A stretch of 64,000 bases of DNA from Octopus vulgaris. Its lineage: Eukaryota. Of the stretch, positions 28,110 through 41,639 are shown in pieces (position 1 is the stretch's first letter; each line of letters starts with the position of its first letter). The position numbers and the translations under genes were made by a program. The notes beneath the pieces are model-generated. The model was not told the origin of the DNA. It did not search any database and worked only from the letters and a program-made list of their open reading frames with translations. The stretch spans positions 24,242,001 to 24,306,000 of the forward strand of contig OX597839.1 of assembly GCA_951406725.2 (NCBI GenBank), in the 5' to 3' direction.

Positions 28110-28325
28110 TCCTTTCTATTTTAAGCACAAGGCCTGTAATTCGAGGGGAGAGGACTAGTTGATTAGATCGACCCCCAATGTTTCACTGGTACTTAATTTA
28201 TCAACCCCGAAAGGATTGAAAGGCAAAGTCTACCTCAGTGAAATTTGAACTCAGAACGTAGTGGCAGATGAAATACTGCTAAGCATTTCACCCGGCATGC
28301 TAACAATTCTACCAGCTCACTGCCT
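28110..28325 (-). mobile_element. SINE family B (others at 4770-4960, 25690-25805, 26130-26345, 28500-28670, 33185-33365, 55890-56270)
   Basis: Shared central domain and B box. Confidence 0.85.
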
Positions 28326-29005
28326 TACAGAGACAGAAATAATGAAAACAAGTAGCAACATGTAGCAACAAGTAGCAAAATAGGCAAGTGGAAACTATTA
28401 GAGGGCAGTGACATGTAGCAGTGTGGACCACAAGAGGCTAGCACAAAAAGACAACATGTAGCAGGATATAGACTGTGGGGAAACTGATAAAGGAGATATT
28501 GGCTTCAAATTTTGGCACAAGGCCAGCAATTTTGAGGGTGGAGGTTAAACTGATTACATCAACCCCAGTGCGTATCTGACCTCAAAAGGGTGAAAGGCAA
28601 AGTTGACCTTAGTCGATTTATAGCTCAAAATGTAAAGACAGACAAAATGCCGCTAAGCATTTTTCCTAGCATGGTATTACAAAGAACATTGACAACATGT
28701 AGCAAGATGGACCACATGATTCTATTACAGAGAATGACAACAAGTAGCAGTGAGGGCCACATTCTTTAGAAACTCATTCCAGGTTTCTAAACGAACAGGA
28801 AATAAAATCTAAGAGTTTTTTCTCTTTCATGGTGAAATGTCAATTCTGTGGTGGGTGGCATTTAGCCACGGCTCATGGGATTGAGCGGGGGGGGGGGGTA
28901 GATTTTGGGATGGGGCGAGAAATGCAAAGGGTCTGGGGTGGAAAGACAGCAACAATGGAATTGAAATAAATAAAACATTGTCATCTCCCCCCTCCCACAC
29001 TGGGG

Positions 29006-29385
29006 AAGCACTCCGTCGGTTACGACGATGAGGGTTCCGGTTGATCCGAATCAACGGAACAGCCTGCTCGTGAAATTAACGTGTAAATGGCTGAGCACTC
29101 CACAGACACGTGTACCCTTAACGTAGTTCTCGGGGATATTCAGCGTGACACAGAGAGTGACAAGGCCGGCCCCTTGAAATACAGGTACAACAGAAACAGG
29201 AAGTAAGAGTGAGAGAAAGTTGTGGTGAAAGAGTACAGCAGGGATCACCACCATCCCCTGCCGGAGCCTCGTGGAGCTTGAGGTGTTTTCGCTCAATAAA
29301 CACTAACAACGCCCAGTCTGGGAATCGAAACCGTGATCCTATGACCGCGAGTCCGCTGCCTTAACTACTGGGCCATTGCGCCTCC
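29006..29385 (-). mobile_element. SINE family D, full length (fragments at 18960-19155, 25600-25680, 44225-44322)
   Basis: Minus strand GGAGGCGCAATGGCCCAGTAGTTAAGGCAGCGGACTCGCGG...GGTTTCGATTCCC tRNA-like head. The 3' body recurs elsewhere in the window. Confidence 0.85.
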
Positions 29386-29825
29386 CCCCACACACACAAA
29401 CACACATTGATCTAGAACAAACAAAATTGTTGTTGAGTAAGAACAAGAAGACTGGAGGACAAAAACCAGACCTGGATAACATTGTTGCTGTTGACGTTGT
29501 TTGCCAAGCTCAGCATCAAAAGCAAGTGATGAGAAGAAACATAAATCAATGAAGAAAACAAAGTCATTGATTGCACATAACGCGAATCATCCATGCGGAA
29601 ATCCAAGGGAGGTGAACCGGGGTGGGGGAAGGAGTGGAGAGGGAATGAAAACTGGGGTGGGGGGAAGGAGTAAAGTACGTAGTATCGTTGGTACATGCGA
29701 TCACTTACACATGACCAACACCACCACCACCACTAATACACATCCCCTAACCATCCAACCTCACAAAGCACCCCCCCCATACCGACTAAGGATCTCTTTA
29801 CACTGAATGGAACTCTCTCTCTCTC

Positions 29826-30220
29826 TCTTTTACTCTTTTACATGTTTCAGTCATTTTGACTGCGGCCATGCTGGAGCACCGCCTTTAGTTGAGAAAATCG
29901 ACCCCGGGACTTATTCTTTGTAAGCCCAGTACTTATTCTATCGGTCTCTTTTGCCGAACCGCTAAGTGACGGGGACGTAAACACACCACCATCGGTTGTC
30001 AAGCAATGCTAGGGGGACAAACACAGACACACACACGCATATATATATATATATATACGACAAGCTTCTTTCAGTTTCCGTCTACCAAATCCACTCACAA
30101 GGCATTGGTCGGCCTGGGGCTATAGCAGAAGACACTTGCCCAAGATGCCACGCAGTGGGACTGAACCCGGAACCATGAGGTTGGTAAGCAAGCTACTTAC
30201 CACACAGCCACTCCTGTGCC
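29826..30220 (-). mobile_element. SINE family A, full length, young
   Basis: Near-identical to 18272 and 30740. Confidence 0.95.
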
Positions 30221-30240
30221 TATTCAGGTACAGTAAATAA

Positions 30241-30600
30241 GCAGGCATGGCTGTGTGGTAAGAAGTTGGCTTTCCAAGCACATCGTTTCAGGTTCAATCC
30301 CAAGTGTCTTCTATTACGACCACAACCAAACACAGCCTTGTAAAGTGGATTTGGTAGATAGAAACTAAACGAAGCCCATCATGTGTGTGTGTGTGTGTTT
30401 GTCTCACACGACCACTTGACAACCAGTGTTGGTTTGTTTACATCTCCATAACTTAGTGGTTCAGCAAAATAGAGTGATAGAATCAGTAACACACTTAAAA
30501 AGAAGAAGAGAAGTACTGGGGTGAGGGGTCAATTCATTCAACTAAAATTCTTCAAGGTGGTACCCCAGAATGGCCGCAGTCTGATGACCTAAACAAGTAG
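30241..30600 (+). mobile_element. SINE family A, older copy
   Basis: GCAGGCATGGCTGTGTGGTAAG head through the GGCCGCAGTC tail. Confidence 0.85.
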
Positions 30601-30739
30601 TATTAAATAAGTGTATTCCATCTCAACTGACAATGAGAGCCAGTCATGTAGGAATGGAAAGACACTGTTTTGCTAAAGAGAAAACAACAGCAGGAACAAT
30701 AGTAACAAGTTCACACACACACACAAACATATATATATA

Positions 30740-31137
30740 TACTCTTTTCTCTCTTTTACTTGTTTCAGTCAGTTGACTGCGGCCATGCTGGAGCACCGCC
30801 TTTAGTCGAGCAAATCGACCCCGGGACTTATTCTTTGTAAGCCCAGTACTTATTCTATCAGTCTCTTTTGCCGAACCACTAGGTGACGGGGACGTAAATA
30901 CACCAATATCGGTTGTCAAGCAATGCTAGGGGGACAAACACAGACACACAAACACACACATATATACACATATACGACAGGCTTCTTTCAGTTTCCGTCT
31001 ACCAAATCCACTCACAAGGCATTGGTCGGCCCGGGGCTATAGTAGAAGACACTTGCCCAAGATGCCACACAGTGGGACTGAACCCGGAACCATGTGGTTG
31101 GTTAGCAAGCTACTTACCACACAGCCACTCCTGCGCC
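30740..31137 (-). mobile_element. SINE family A, full length, young
   Basis: Same structure as 29826-30220. Confidence 0.95.
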
Positions 31138-32091
31138 TATAATTATAGTGTAGAAAATACACCTGAACCTCATTGGTAATGTCTGTAAACACAGCTGATA
31201 ATACAGGTGATCTTTGATGTTGGTACATCACGGTCTGATTCGTAACATAAGGTGGTACATCACAGCCTGATTAGTAATGTGAGAGAACATCAAGGGAAAC
31301 TTGCAACATATGATAGTACATCATTGCCTGACTAAAACCATTACAGCCTGGCTTACAACATATTTCCCATAGCAAACACTACAACTTTTAAAGTACTGAC
31401 CCTGTGTTTTCCGTCTAAAAGAAAAGTATGAGAAAACCTTGTCCTATATATAGTAATGACAATTTGATCACACAGATGGAATATCAACCGGACGCTGTAG
31501 TTAAGACTGCACAGGAATGGAATACTATCTGGACACTGAACTTATTTAAAACAACATCTAATACACCATACAATTTGTTGAAGACCCAAATGTCCTAAAA
31601 CAACGAGACTTAAAATTGCAATCATTTCTTAAAACTAATCAAACAGGGAAATTACCAGCCAAGAGAGTCTCTACATGTTTACTCAATCTGCTAGAAATAG
31701 CAACTACGTCTTCCTCAAACCATGCTATTTGTTTTGTAAAACATATTAAGATAATGTTGTACGTAGTACACTTTTTCAGAAGAGAAGACAGTATGGTCAT
31801 AGATGGATTGGCTTTTGATCCACCATCAAGACTGACCTAGGGCTAAACAACTCATTGGAAAGCTTCTAGATCACCACCACCACCACCGCCGCCGCTAATG
31901 CTGCTGAAAGACAATTCTACAACATCTGTTCAATAAAAGAAAAAATTTGACCACAACACTTTCATATCTAACCTACGTTTCCATATTTGTCCCTTAACCC
32001 AATCCGTGAACCCATAAACACTAACCTAGGTATCTGTACTTATCTCACGCTAGTTTCTACGACTGATCAACAAACACAAAACGAGGAACCC

Positions 32092-32320
32092 AGGCGAGCT
32101 GGCAGAGACGTTAGCGCACTGGGCGAAATGCTTAGCGGTATTCGCCTGTCGTTACGTTCTGAGTTCAAATTCCGCTGAGGTCGACTTTGCCTTTCATCCT
32201 TTCAGGGTAGATAAATAAAGTACCAGTTTCGCACTCGGGTCAATATAATCGACTTAATCCCTTTGTGTGTCCTTGTTTGTCCCCTCTATGTTTAGCCCCT
32301 TGTGGGTAGTAAAGAAATAC
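32092..32320 (+). mobile_element. SINE family B, full length
   Basis: GGCGAGCTGGCAGAGACGTTAGC head to GTAAAGAAATA tail. Confidence 0.9.
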
Positions 32321-32698
32321 ATATCTGAACCCAGGCTCAGTCTGTGACCCATCAGCATCTTTCCACTGCCAAAGAGACAATCAACAGAGGAATCATGGTT
32401 TATGAATTTAATTTAATTAAGGTCGTTCATCACCCAAAATATTTGCAGCCTGAAACTATTTTTAGCATAGCAAATTCAAGCAAGGATATGCCCCTGGGCA
32501 AAAAAGCTAGACAACAACAGAAGGTCTCCTATCGATACACCCAGTTGGTCTCCAACCGTTGTTGCTGGCTTGTGTGTGATTATCACTCAAGACACCATTC
32601 ATCACACTTTAGTCATTTTATGCTGAAAAAATTGTTCATAAACTAATTTGCTCATCGTGATGAGAGGCATTCACAAACTGAGGTTTCACTGAACTTAA

Positions 32699-32920
32699 CC
32701 CTTTCGTTACTGTATTTATTTTGAGATGCTCTGTGTTTCTTTCAATTAATTTTAAATGTAACAAAGAATTCAGTAAAATAACTTGGTTATCGTTAAGCTA
32801 GTGTTAGGAACATAAATTGTGATTAAGGTTTGGTGGAAGATTTTAATTCAAAAATCATGCAAACAAGACATTTGTACTACAGAGCCAGAGGCAGTTTTGG
32901 TCGGGTTGGTAACGAAAGGG
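32699..32920. mobile_element. piggyBac-like MITE, 222 bp
   Basis: TTAA|CCCTTTCGTTAC ... GTAACGAAAGGG|TTAA, perfect 12-bp TIR. Confidence 0.9.
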
Positions 32921-32932
32921 TTAAGCTCACAT

Positions 32933-33116
32933 ACAGGAGTGGCTGTGTGGTAAGTAGCTTGTTTACCAACCACATGGTTCCAGGTTCAGTCCTACTGCGT
33001 GGCACCTTGGGCAAATGTCTTCTACTATCGCCTCGGGCTGACCAAAGCCTTGTGAGTGGATTTGGTAGACGGAAACTGAAAGAAGCCCGTCAAATGACTG
33101 AAACAAGTAAAAGAGT
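32933..33116 (+). mobile_element. SINE family A, internally deleted (head joined to tail)
   Basis: ...GAAAGAAGCCC-GTC-AAATGACTGAAACAAGTAAAAGAG junction. Confidence 0.85.
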
Positions 33117-33406
33117 ATACATACATACACACACACACACACTCATAAATAAATAAATAAATACACACACACACACGTGTATTGGTTTTAATTTTTGGCA
33201 CAAGGCCAGCAATTTCAGGGTGGCATGACTGGTACTTATTTTATCGACCCTGAAAGGATAAAAGGCAAAGTCAACCCTGGCGGAATTTGAACTCAGAATA
33301 GGAAAGACAGTCGAAATACCGATAAGCACTCTGGCTGGCATGCTAACGATTCTGCCAGCTTGCTGTGCGTGTCTGTGTCTGTTTAATATGCCTAATCTAC
33401 ATTACA

Positions 33407-33809
33407 TACTCTTTTACTTGTTTCAGTCATTTGACTGCAGCCATGCTGGAGCACCACCTTTAGTCAAGCAAATCTACCCCGGGACTTATTCTTTGTAAGC
33501 CCAGTACTTATTCTATCGGTCTCTTTTGCTGAACCGCTAAGTGACGGGGACGTAAACACACCAGCATCGGTTGTCAAGCAATGCTAAGGGGACAAACACA
33601 GACACACAAACACACACACACATACATATATATATATACATATATACGACGGGCTTCTTTCAGTTTCCGTCTACCATATCCACTCACAAGGCATTGGTCG
33701 GCCCGGGGCTATAGCAGAAGACACTTGCCCAAGATGCCATGCAGTGGGATTGAACCCGGAACCATGTGGTTGGTTAGCAAGCTACTTACCACACAGCTAC
33801 TCCTGCGCC
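33407..33809 (-). mobile_element. SINE family A, full length
   Basis: Same structure as other young A copies. Confidence 0.95.
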
Positions 33810-34264
33810 TATATATATTAATATATTAAATAGACACACACACAACTTTCACCAGCAACGATAAAATGATGGGAAATGGAAGATATTGGGAGAGATAAGG
33901 AGAGAGAGAAGGGGGTGGGAGGGGACAGAGTCAAGAAGAGATTAAGAGAAAGATTGCTGAACAGATTAAGGGAGAGGAATTAAAAGACAAGATAGAGGAA
34001 GACAGGAAGGCGGGCGGGCGGGGGGTATGAATTGAGATCAAAGGAGGGAGACAGAGAGAGAGAGACAGAGACAGAGAGAGAGGGGGAATGTAGAAGTGAT
34101 GAGGGGGAGATGGAAGGGATTAAAGAAAAGAGAAAAAGGGCAGAAGATTTAAAAGAAAAGAGCTTAAAGAAGAAGAAAAAAATTTTTAAATTTAAAAAAA
34201 AAATAAAATAAAAAATAAAAGTTAAACCCAACATTTTAAATAATGAAGAGAAGAAGAGAGATAA

Positions 34265-34303
<39 letters not shown>

Positions 34304-34697
34304 AGGAGAACAACAATGACATCACATCATCACAGAAGCAAGGATATCTTGGAGGAAGGATTATAGCAGATTATCACCAAAGACTGGGTATTTGCATTAC
34401 AGCCTTAATTACATCTCTTAAATACCTGGACGGTTTTACCTTTCGTTACAAATATGTAACAAATGGGAGAAGTTCAAGAAATATTTCATGGAAGTGTTTT
34501 TTGCATTACTGACTGTTTTTCCCTCTTTTTTAATTACAAAGATACATCGAACCAACGATGGGAGATTCTGCACTGGCAAGCTTTAATCAATTCCATCATC
34601 ATCATCATTTAACATCTGCTTTCCATGCTGGCATGAGTCCGACGGAAACTGATAAGGACAGGGGCTGCACCAGGATCCGTTGTGCGCTTTCGGCGTG

Positions 34698-35012
34698 TTT
34701 TGACTGCAGTCATGCTGGAGCACCGCCTTTTAGTCGAGAAAATCGACCCCGGGACTTATTCTTTGTAAGCCCAGTACTTATTCTATCGGTCTCTTTTGCC
34801 GAACCGCTAAGTTATGGGGACGTAAACACACCAGGGGGACAAACACATATATATACATATATATGACAGGCTTCTTTCAGTTTCCGTCAACCAAATCCAT
34901 TCACAAGGCTTTGGTCGGCCGAGGCTATAGTAGAAGACACTTGCCCAAGGTGTCACGCAGTGGGACTGAAACCGGAACCATGTGGTCCATAAGCAAGCTA
35001 GTTACCACACAA
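34698..35012 (-). mobile_element. SINE family A
   Basis: Family A homology, slightly truncated. Confidence 0.9.
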
Positions 35013-35214
35013 CTTTCTTAAGAGAAAGTCCCAGGTTAGTGTGGTGGATAAAGTAGAATAGCTGATGATGATGGTGAGGATGATGGTGGTGATGATTGCA
35101 GCAATGACGATGGTGGAGAAGACAGAAGAAGCGTGGTGGTGATGGTAATGGTGATGCAAGACTTCAGTGAGAGCTCCACAATCATCTTTATTATATACCA
35201 TTGTTTTATATCTG

Positions 35215-35268
35215 TCTATACATGTGTGTGTGTTTGTGTATGTATGTATGTGTATATGTATGTGTGCG

Positions 35269-35312
<44 letters not shown>

Positions 35313-35416
35313 CGTGTTTTTGTATGTATGTATGTATATATATATGTGTGTGTGTGTATATATATGTGTGTACATGTGTGTGTTTGTGTATGTATGTATG
35401 TATATATATATGTGTG

Positions 35417-35475
<59 letters not shown>

Positions 35476-35625
35476 ATATATACATATATGTGTGTGTGTG
35501 TATGTATATATATATATTGTGTGTGTGTATATATATATATGTGTGTGTGCGTGTGTGTTTGTGTATGTATATATGTGTGTGTGTATGCGTGTGTGTGTAT
35601 ATATTTATGAGAGAGAGAGAGAGAA
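35215..35625. repeat. (TG)/(TA) compound microsatellite
   Basis: Directly visible. Confidence 0.96.
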
Positions 35626-36090
35626 TAGGGTGTATGGATGGGTGGAGGTATGATTGATGGTAATTTCACGCTGACCCTCCTGACCCCTACCCCCCATCCC
35701 TAAAAATATGCATAATAGATTAACGCCTGGGATGACAGGGCAAAGCTACCGAAATTACTGTCAGATGACGGTGAAAATGGCCAATTAAATTAACCTGCCC
35801 TATAATTTCTCTCCCCTGCCAGCAAAAACAGTTCTTTAAGCGGGAAGAGGGGTGAACTGTACAGGGAAGGGAGAGAGAGAGAGACACAGAGAGAGAGAGA
35901 GGTAAATAAAGGTAATGAAGCAAGTGAGAGAAAATTGGGAAGGAGTTGAAAAATAAAGAAAATATCAGAGAGGAGAGAGAGAGACTGTGTGATAGAGAGA
36001 GGGGAGAGGGGGATAGAAAAAGGGAGTGGAGGAGGTGAGTGACATAAAATAAGGAGCTGAAGAAAATAGAACAAAAAGATCAGAGTCGGG

Positions 36091-36128
<38 letters not shown>

Positions 36129-36191
36129 TAGAGAGAGAGAGAGAGAAAGAGAAAGAGAGAGAGAGAGAGAAACAGAGAGAGAGAGACAGAC

Positions 36192-36260
<69 letters not shown>

Positions 36261-36374
36261 TGTTGTGATGTGATCAATGTGTATCCCCCATAGTAGCCGG
36301 GTCAGGGAGATTTTGATGGGGGTAACAGACCCCCAGGGAAGGGAAAGTCAGCAGTAAATACCCACAACACAGCT

Positions 36375-36717
36375 GCAGGCATGGCTGTGTGGTAAGAAGT
36401 TCGCTTCCCAGCTGCATGGCTTTGGGTTCAGTCCCACTGCATGGTACCTTGCGCATGTACCTTCTACTATAGCTTCCGGCCAACTCAAAGCCTTGTCAGT
36501 AGATTTGGTAGATGGAAACTGAAAGAAGCCTGTCGTTTAGATCAATGCTCCACAACCGGTATGTCATGGCACACTGGTGTGCCATGGAGCAATGCTTGGT
36601 GTTCCGCAGTGTAACCTGAATAGAATTTCTTCCTTATACTTTTAATTATATTTTTAGTTCAGACATGCGGCTGAATTTTCAAAAACAATATAAGTAAAAA
36701 ATGCTTGTGGAACACTG

Positions 36718-36767
<50 letters not shown>

Positions 36768-36915
36768 GGCCAGCAGTATTAGTTTGTTCACATCCTCATA
36801 ACTTAGTGGTTCAGCAAAAGAGACCAATAGAATAAATACGAGACTGAAAAAAAAGACTGAAACTTCTTCCAGGCAGTGCCCCAGTATGGCCACAATCCAA
36901 CAAGTGAAACAAGGT
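36375..36915 (+). mobile_element. Older SINE family A copy containing a hAT-like MITE (36543-36717)
   Basis: Insert TIRs CAATGCTCCACAA / TTGTGGAACACTG at the internal microsatellite position. Confidence 0.75.
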
Positions 36916-37520
36916 AAAAAGGTAAAAAAATAACATATCTAAGGGTTAGGGTTAGGGTTGAATCACAAGTGCTCCACCAATTATGTGCCCTTCACTCACA
37001 CACACATGAAGGCAAGCATGCCGAGTTAGACTCATGTCAAAGATACATGGAGCTACATGAACACGTTCTCTCCACCCAAAACGTTTGATCTTAGCAGACA
37101 AAACCCTTCTTCACCAAAGGCATTCCATCCATGACCAGACCGATATCGTATATTTAGACCTCATTTAGCCAGTTTTCTCCCTTTTATTTTTTTGTTTTCG
37201 TTTCTACTGTAAATGATAAGGCAAGGTGTAATAGCAGCCTGGCTGCTATTTCTAGCAAGTGAAACAACCACAAGTTCAGTGACCCAGAAGATCAAACTAA
37301 GTTGAAGGAACACTGACATACTCAGAGTACCCAGCAGTTGATGGTACAATATATCCAGTTTTCTATTTCAAAAGCTCATTTACATGTTTGTACTATCAAG
37401 GATATACTGGTGCCCTATCCAGAAGTAAGAGTCACACCACTTCTTTTCTCTCCAAGGCAGAAAAAAAAAAGGATCCTGTTCCTTTCAGCAGAATGCAAAC
37501 TGGTGCCCTACCCAGGAGCA

Positions 37521-38118
37521 GCGAGTTGGCAGAAACGTTAGCACGCCGGGCGAAATGCGTAGCCGTATTTCGTCTGCCGTTACGTTCTGAGTTCAAATTC
37601 CGCCAAGGTCGACTTTGCCTTTCATCCTTTCGGGGTCGATAAATTAAGTACCAGTTACTCACTGCAGTCAATGTAATCGACTTAATCCCTATGTCTGTCC
37701 TTGTTTGTCCCCTCTATGTTTAGCCCCTTGTAAGTAATAAAGAAATAGGTATTTCGTCTGTCGCTACGTTCTGAGTTCAAATTCCGCCGAGGTCGACTTT
37801 GCCTTTCATCCTTTCGGGGTCGATAAATTAAGTACCAGTTATGCACTGCAGTCGATGTTATCGACTTAATACCTATGTGTCTGTCCTTGTTTGTCCCCTC
37901 TATGTTTAACCCCTTGTGGGTAGTAAAGAAATAGGTATTTTGTCTGTCTTTACATTCTGAGTTCAAATTCCGCCGAGGTCGACTTTGCTTTTCATTCTTT
38001 CGGGGTCGATAAATTAAGTACCAGTTATGCACTGCAGTCGATGTAATCGACTTAATACCTTTGTCTGTCCTTGTTTGTCCCCTCTGTGTTTAGCCCCATG
38101 TGGGCAATAAAGAAATAG
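37521..38118 (+). mobile_element. Tandem trimer of SINE family B (~185-bp period)
   Basis: Units restart at GTATTT at 37565, 37749 and 37935. Only the first has the 5' head. Confidence 0.93.
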
Positions 38119-38339
38119 GCATCACACACACTTCTTTCCTCTCCAAGATAGAGCAGAGACTGGTTTACACAGTCGCCTGCATTTCAGGGTATATAATGTT
38201 TTGTTATTCAGAGAGAGATGGAAGAAAAGGTCCAAACAGAAGAGGCGTTTGTGTTCGTTATAAACAGGGAAGATCTCAAAATAAACCTCATCGTTAAAAG
38301 AAAAGGAAGGACACACTGCGTGATGTATTCCTAGAAACA

Positions 38340-38528
38340 TTACTCTTACTCTTTTACTTGTTTCGCCTTTAATCGAGCAACTCAACCCCGGGACTTATTC
38401 TTTTGTAAGCCCAGTACTTATTCTATCGGTCTCTTTTGCCGAAACGCTAAGTAACAGGGACATAAACACACCAGCATCGGTTGTCAAGCAATGCCAGGGG
38501 GACAAACACAGACACACAAACATACATG

Positions 38529-38574
<46 letters not shown>

Positions 38575-38739
38575 TACGACGGGCTTCTTTCAGTTTCTGT
38601 CTACCAAATCCACTCACAAGGCTTTGGTTGGCCCGAGGCTATAGTAAAAGACACTTGCCCAAGGTGCCATGCAGTGGGACTCAACCCTGAACCATGTGGT
38701 TGGTAAACAAGCTACTTACCACATGGCCACTCCTGCACC
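38340..38739 (-). mobile_element. SINE family A
   Basis: Family A homology with a small deletion in the tail. Confidence 0.92.
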
Positions 38740-39754
38740 TATGATCGAAAATGAGAGGAAGTTAAGGCTAGAATGATTTTGATCAATCAGAAGTGGCCTG
38801 GGGTTAAACAGCAAGCGAACAGGAGAACTGAGTGATCAGAGTTGCTAGAAGTAGCAGCCAAATTCTACTTAAAACAGACAGTCTTCTTCTAATAAATGAA
38901 GGACACACAAGATAACATACTGCTAGAAGATGGGTAACATAGTGCTTAATATACTGCTGAGAAGATGGGATGGTCATAGATGGAATAACTTTATATATTA
39001 AAACTGTTTTTCACAGAATTAACCGAGGCTAAACCGAGAAAAAAAAGTATTTAAGCCGAAAAGCATTTATGGAGATTCAACTGCTTTATTTTAATAAAAC
39101 GGATTTAGCGAAAGACTGACAAAATATGAGCACTTGCAGCTGCTGGTGCTGTTAGCTGAGACAGTCAGAAGTGAGGCCAAGTTAAATTGAAACACCTCAG
39201 GTGCCGGTCTATTTAGAACAGAGAGAGAGAAGACAGACAGACAGAGAGGAGAAGCATTGATTAAATTTTAATGCCGTCGTCTCCCCCCCCCTCCCTCTCT
39301 GTGTCAGCCACAGTCCTGTAAGGGAGGCAACTCTAGATTCTTACTGCCTCAACTTTTTAAAATTTATTTCAAAATTTAATTTTCTTGCTTTTAAATGTTT
39401 ATTGGAAAAGGAAAACTTTTTTTTTTTCCCCCGCAGTTCCCAAAATAAAATAAAACACTTCCACAAAGTAGAAAGGAACAATGGCAGTGTGGAGGAAGGC
39501 AGGAGGAGGAGGTGGTGATTAAATAAAAATTTTACGGACTACAGAAAAAAAAAAAAGAAAGAGTAAAGTACGATTCTTATAATCCGTTGTTGTTGTTGTT
39601 AAGCAAGATTAGTTGAGCTGATATTTGTGGTTAAATCTGGAGAATGTGTTGAGGAGATAAAGGAAATATAGAGACTTGCTGGAGTTTGTTTGTATGGCTG
39701 ACAAAGTTGGAGAGGACGAGGAACCACCACCGCCGCCATCGAACAGAAAATACA

Positions 39755-40102
39755 TACTCTTTACTCTCTTTTACTTGTTTCAGTCATTTGACTGAGGCCA
39801 TGCTGGAGCACCGCCTTTAGTCGAGCAAATCGACCCCGGGACTTATTCTTTGTAAGCCCAGTACTTATTCTATCGGTCTCTTTTGCCGAACCGTTAAGTG
39901 ACAGGGACGACAACACACCAGCATTGGTTGTCAAGCAATGCTAGGGGGACAAACACAGACACACAAACACATACATATATATACATATATACGCCCCGAG
40001 GCTATAGTAGAAGACACTTGCCCAAGGTCCCACGCAGTGGGACTGAACTCGGAACCATGTGGTTGGTTAGCAAGCTACTTACCACACAGCCACTCCTACA
40101 CC
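39755..40102 (-). mobile_element. SINE family A with internal deletion
   Basis: Family A homology; lacks the central GGATTTGGTAGACGG block. Confidence 0.9.
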
Positions 40103-40157
<55 letters not shown>

Positions 40158-40968
40158 AGAGAGAGATCCAAAGAAAAACAGATATATATGACATTAGGAC
40201 GTGGCTTGGCATCTTGTATTTATCAGAGCTTGATGGCGCTTTGACATATATTTCTAGGGACGTTTATGAAAATACCTACAATTTGTACCACACACACACA
40301 CAGATACATGCATGTGTACATCCACTCATACACACACACACACACACACATTCCCACCCTTATATATGCATACACACAAGTACATACACATTCTCATTCA
40401 TATATATGTGCACACACACACGTTCGCCGATCGCCCGATCGACCGCCATCCATGCCGTCTTCCTTTAACAAAAAAAAAAACCAACCGCAATAGCAGCAAC
40501 AACAACACTAGATAACGTAACTAAATGCCTATTTATTTACTGCCTCGGCTCTAAAACACTATTTGAATCTACACAATAAAGACACAAAGCCGAGCAGGAG
40601 TACGTATGTTAGTGAAGAAGAAGATGATGGCGGAGCGGATGGTGGTGAAACAAATAGATAAATAAATGAATAAAAAAATTAGTGTTATCACAACAGCAAA
40701 AATACCAGAGATGTTATAATAGGCATTAGCCTGTGTTATCTTTGCATCCACCGCCGCCACCAGTACCACCATCCATCCATCCACCCGGCCACCCCACCAG
40801 TTTATCTTAAGGAAAACACAAACAGCAGAAACAAAATTAGCTTTCCTCTATGTCTAAACTGGCTTTCTATTATAGTCAGCTGTTATCTTATGTTGAGTTA
40901 AAAGTCTATCAGTTCTGTTTGCAAAAGCAGTCTCTCTCTCTCTCTCTCTTTCTGCATTGCACACAGCC

Positions 40969-41001
<33 letters not shown>

Positions 41002-41639
41002 GAGAGAGAGAAAGAGAATGGAGGCCAGATACTTAGGGTACTTATACACGACGAGCGTTGAGAAGCAGCAGGGTACCTTAAAGAAAGAAAAATTTAAATA
41101 AAACAAGAAGTCCTATCGGAGCTAACTAAGTGCTAATCCAGAAACTGGTATCCAGAAATGTGTTGAAACTGTACAAAAAGAATCCAGTTAATCAGACAAT
41201 GCAAAGAAAATGGTTAGGAATTCCAGGAATTGAAAGGATTCTGAGAATAAACAAATCTTTGAGAGAGAGAGGAAAGAGATTCAATACAGCAACTTTTCAT
41301 CTCTTGTGTGATTCTACATGCTGAGAGAAAACAGATGATGGTATGTAGTGCAAAAAGGCGGCAAAGCTACAAGACTGCTTCTTCTTCTTAAAGAGCCTAA
41401 AGTCTTTCAATATAACTAAAGCTGGTTTTCTGTTCTTAGATGTCCAGAGTGAAGACTCTTAGAGGCTGATGTAACCGAAGAGAACTAATCATGGCCCTGG
41501 GTGAAAACTTTACATTCTCTTCTGTTCATCATTGTTTAACAGGTTTACTGCCACAGGCGCCACCAGTGGGTCGTTGCAAACTTCACACAACTGCCCTGCA
41601 TACCACTTGTGTTATCTTTGCATATTGTTTCAAGGATGC

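Noticed and set aside
36942-36959. (TTAGGG)-like run
   Set aside because: Only about three units; too short to call an interstitial telomere.
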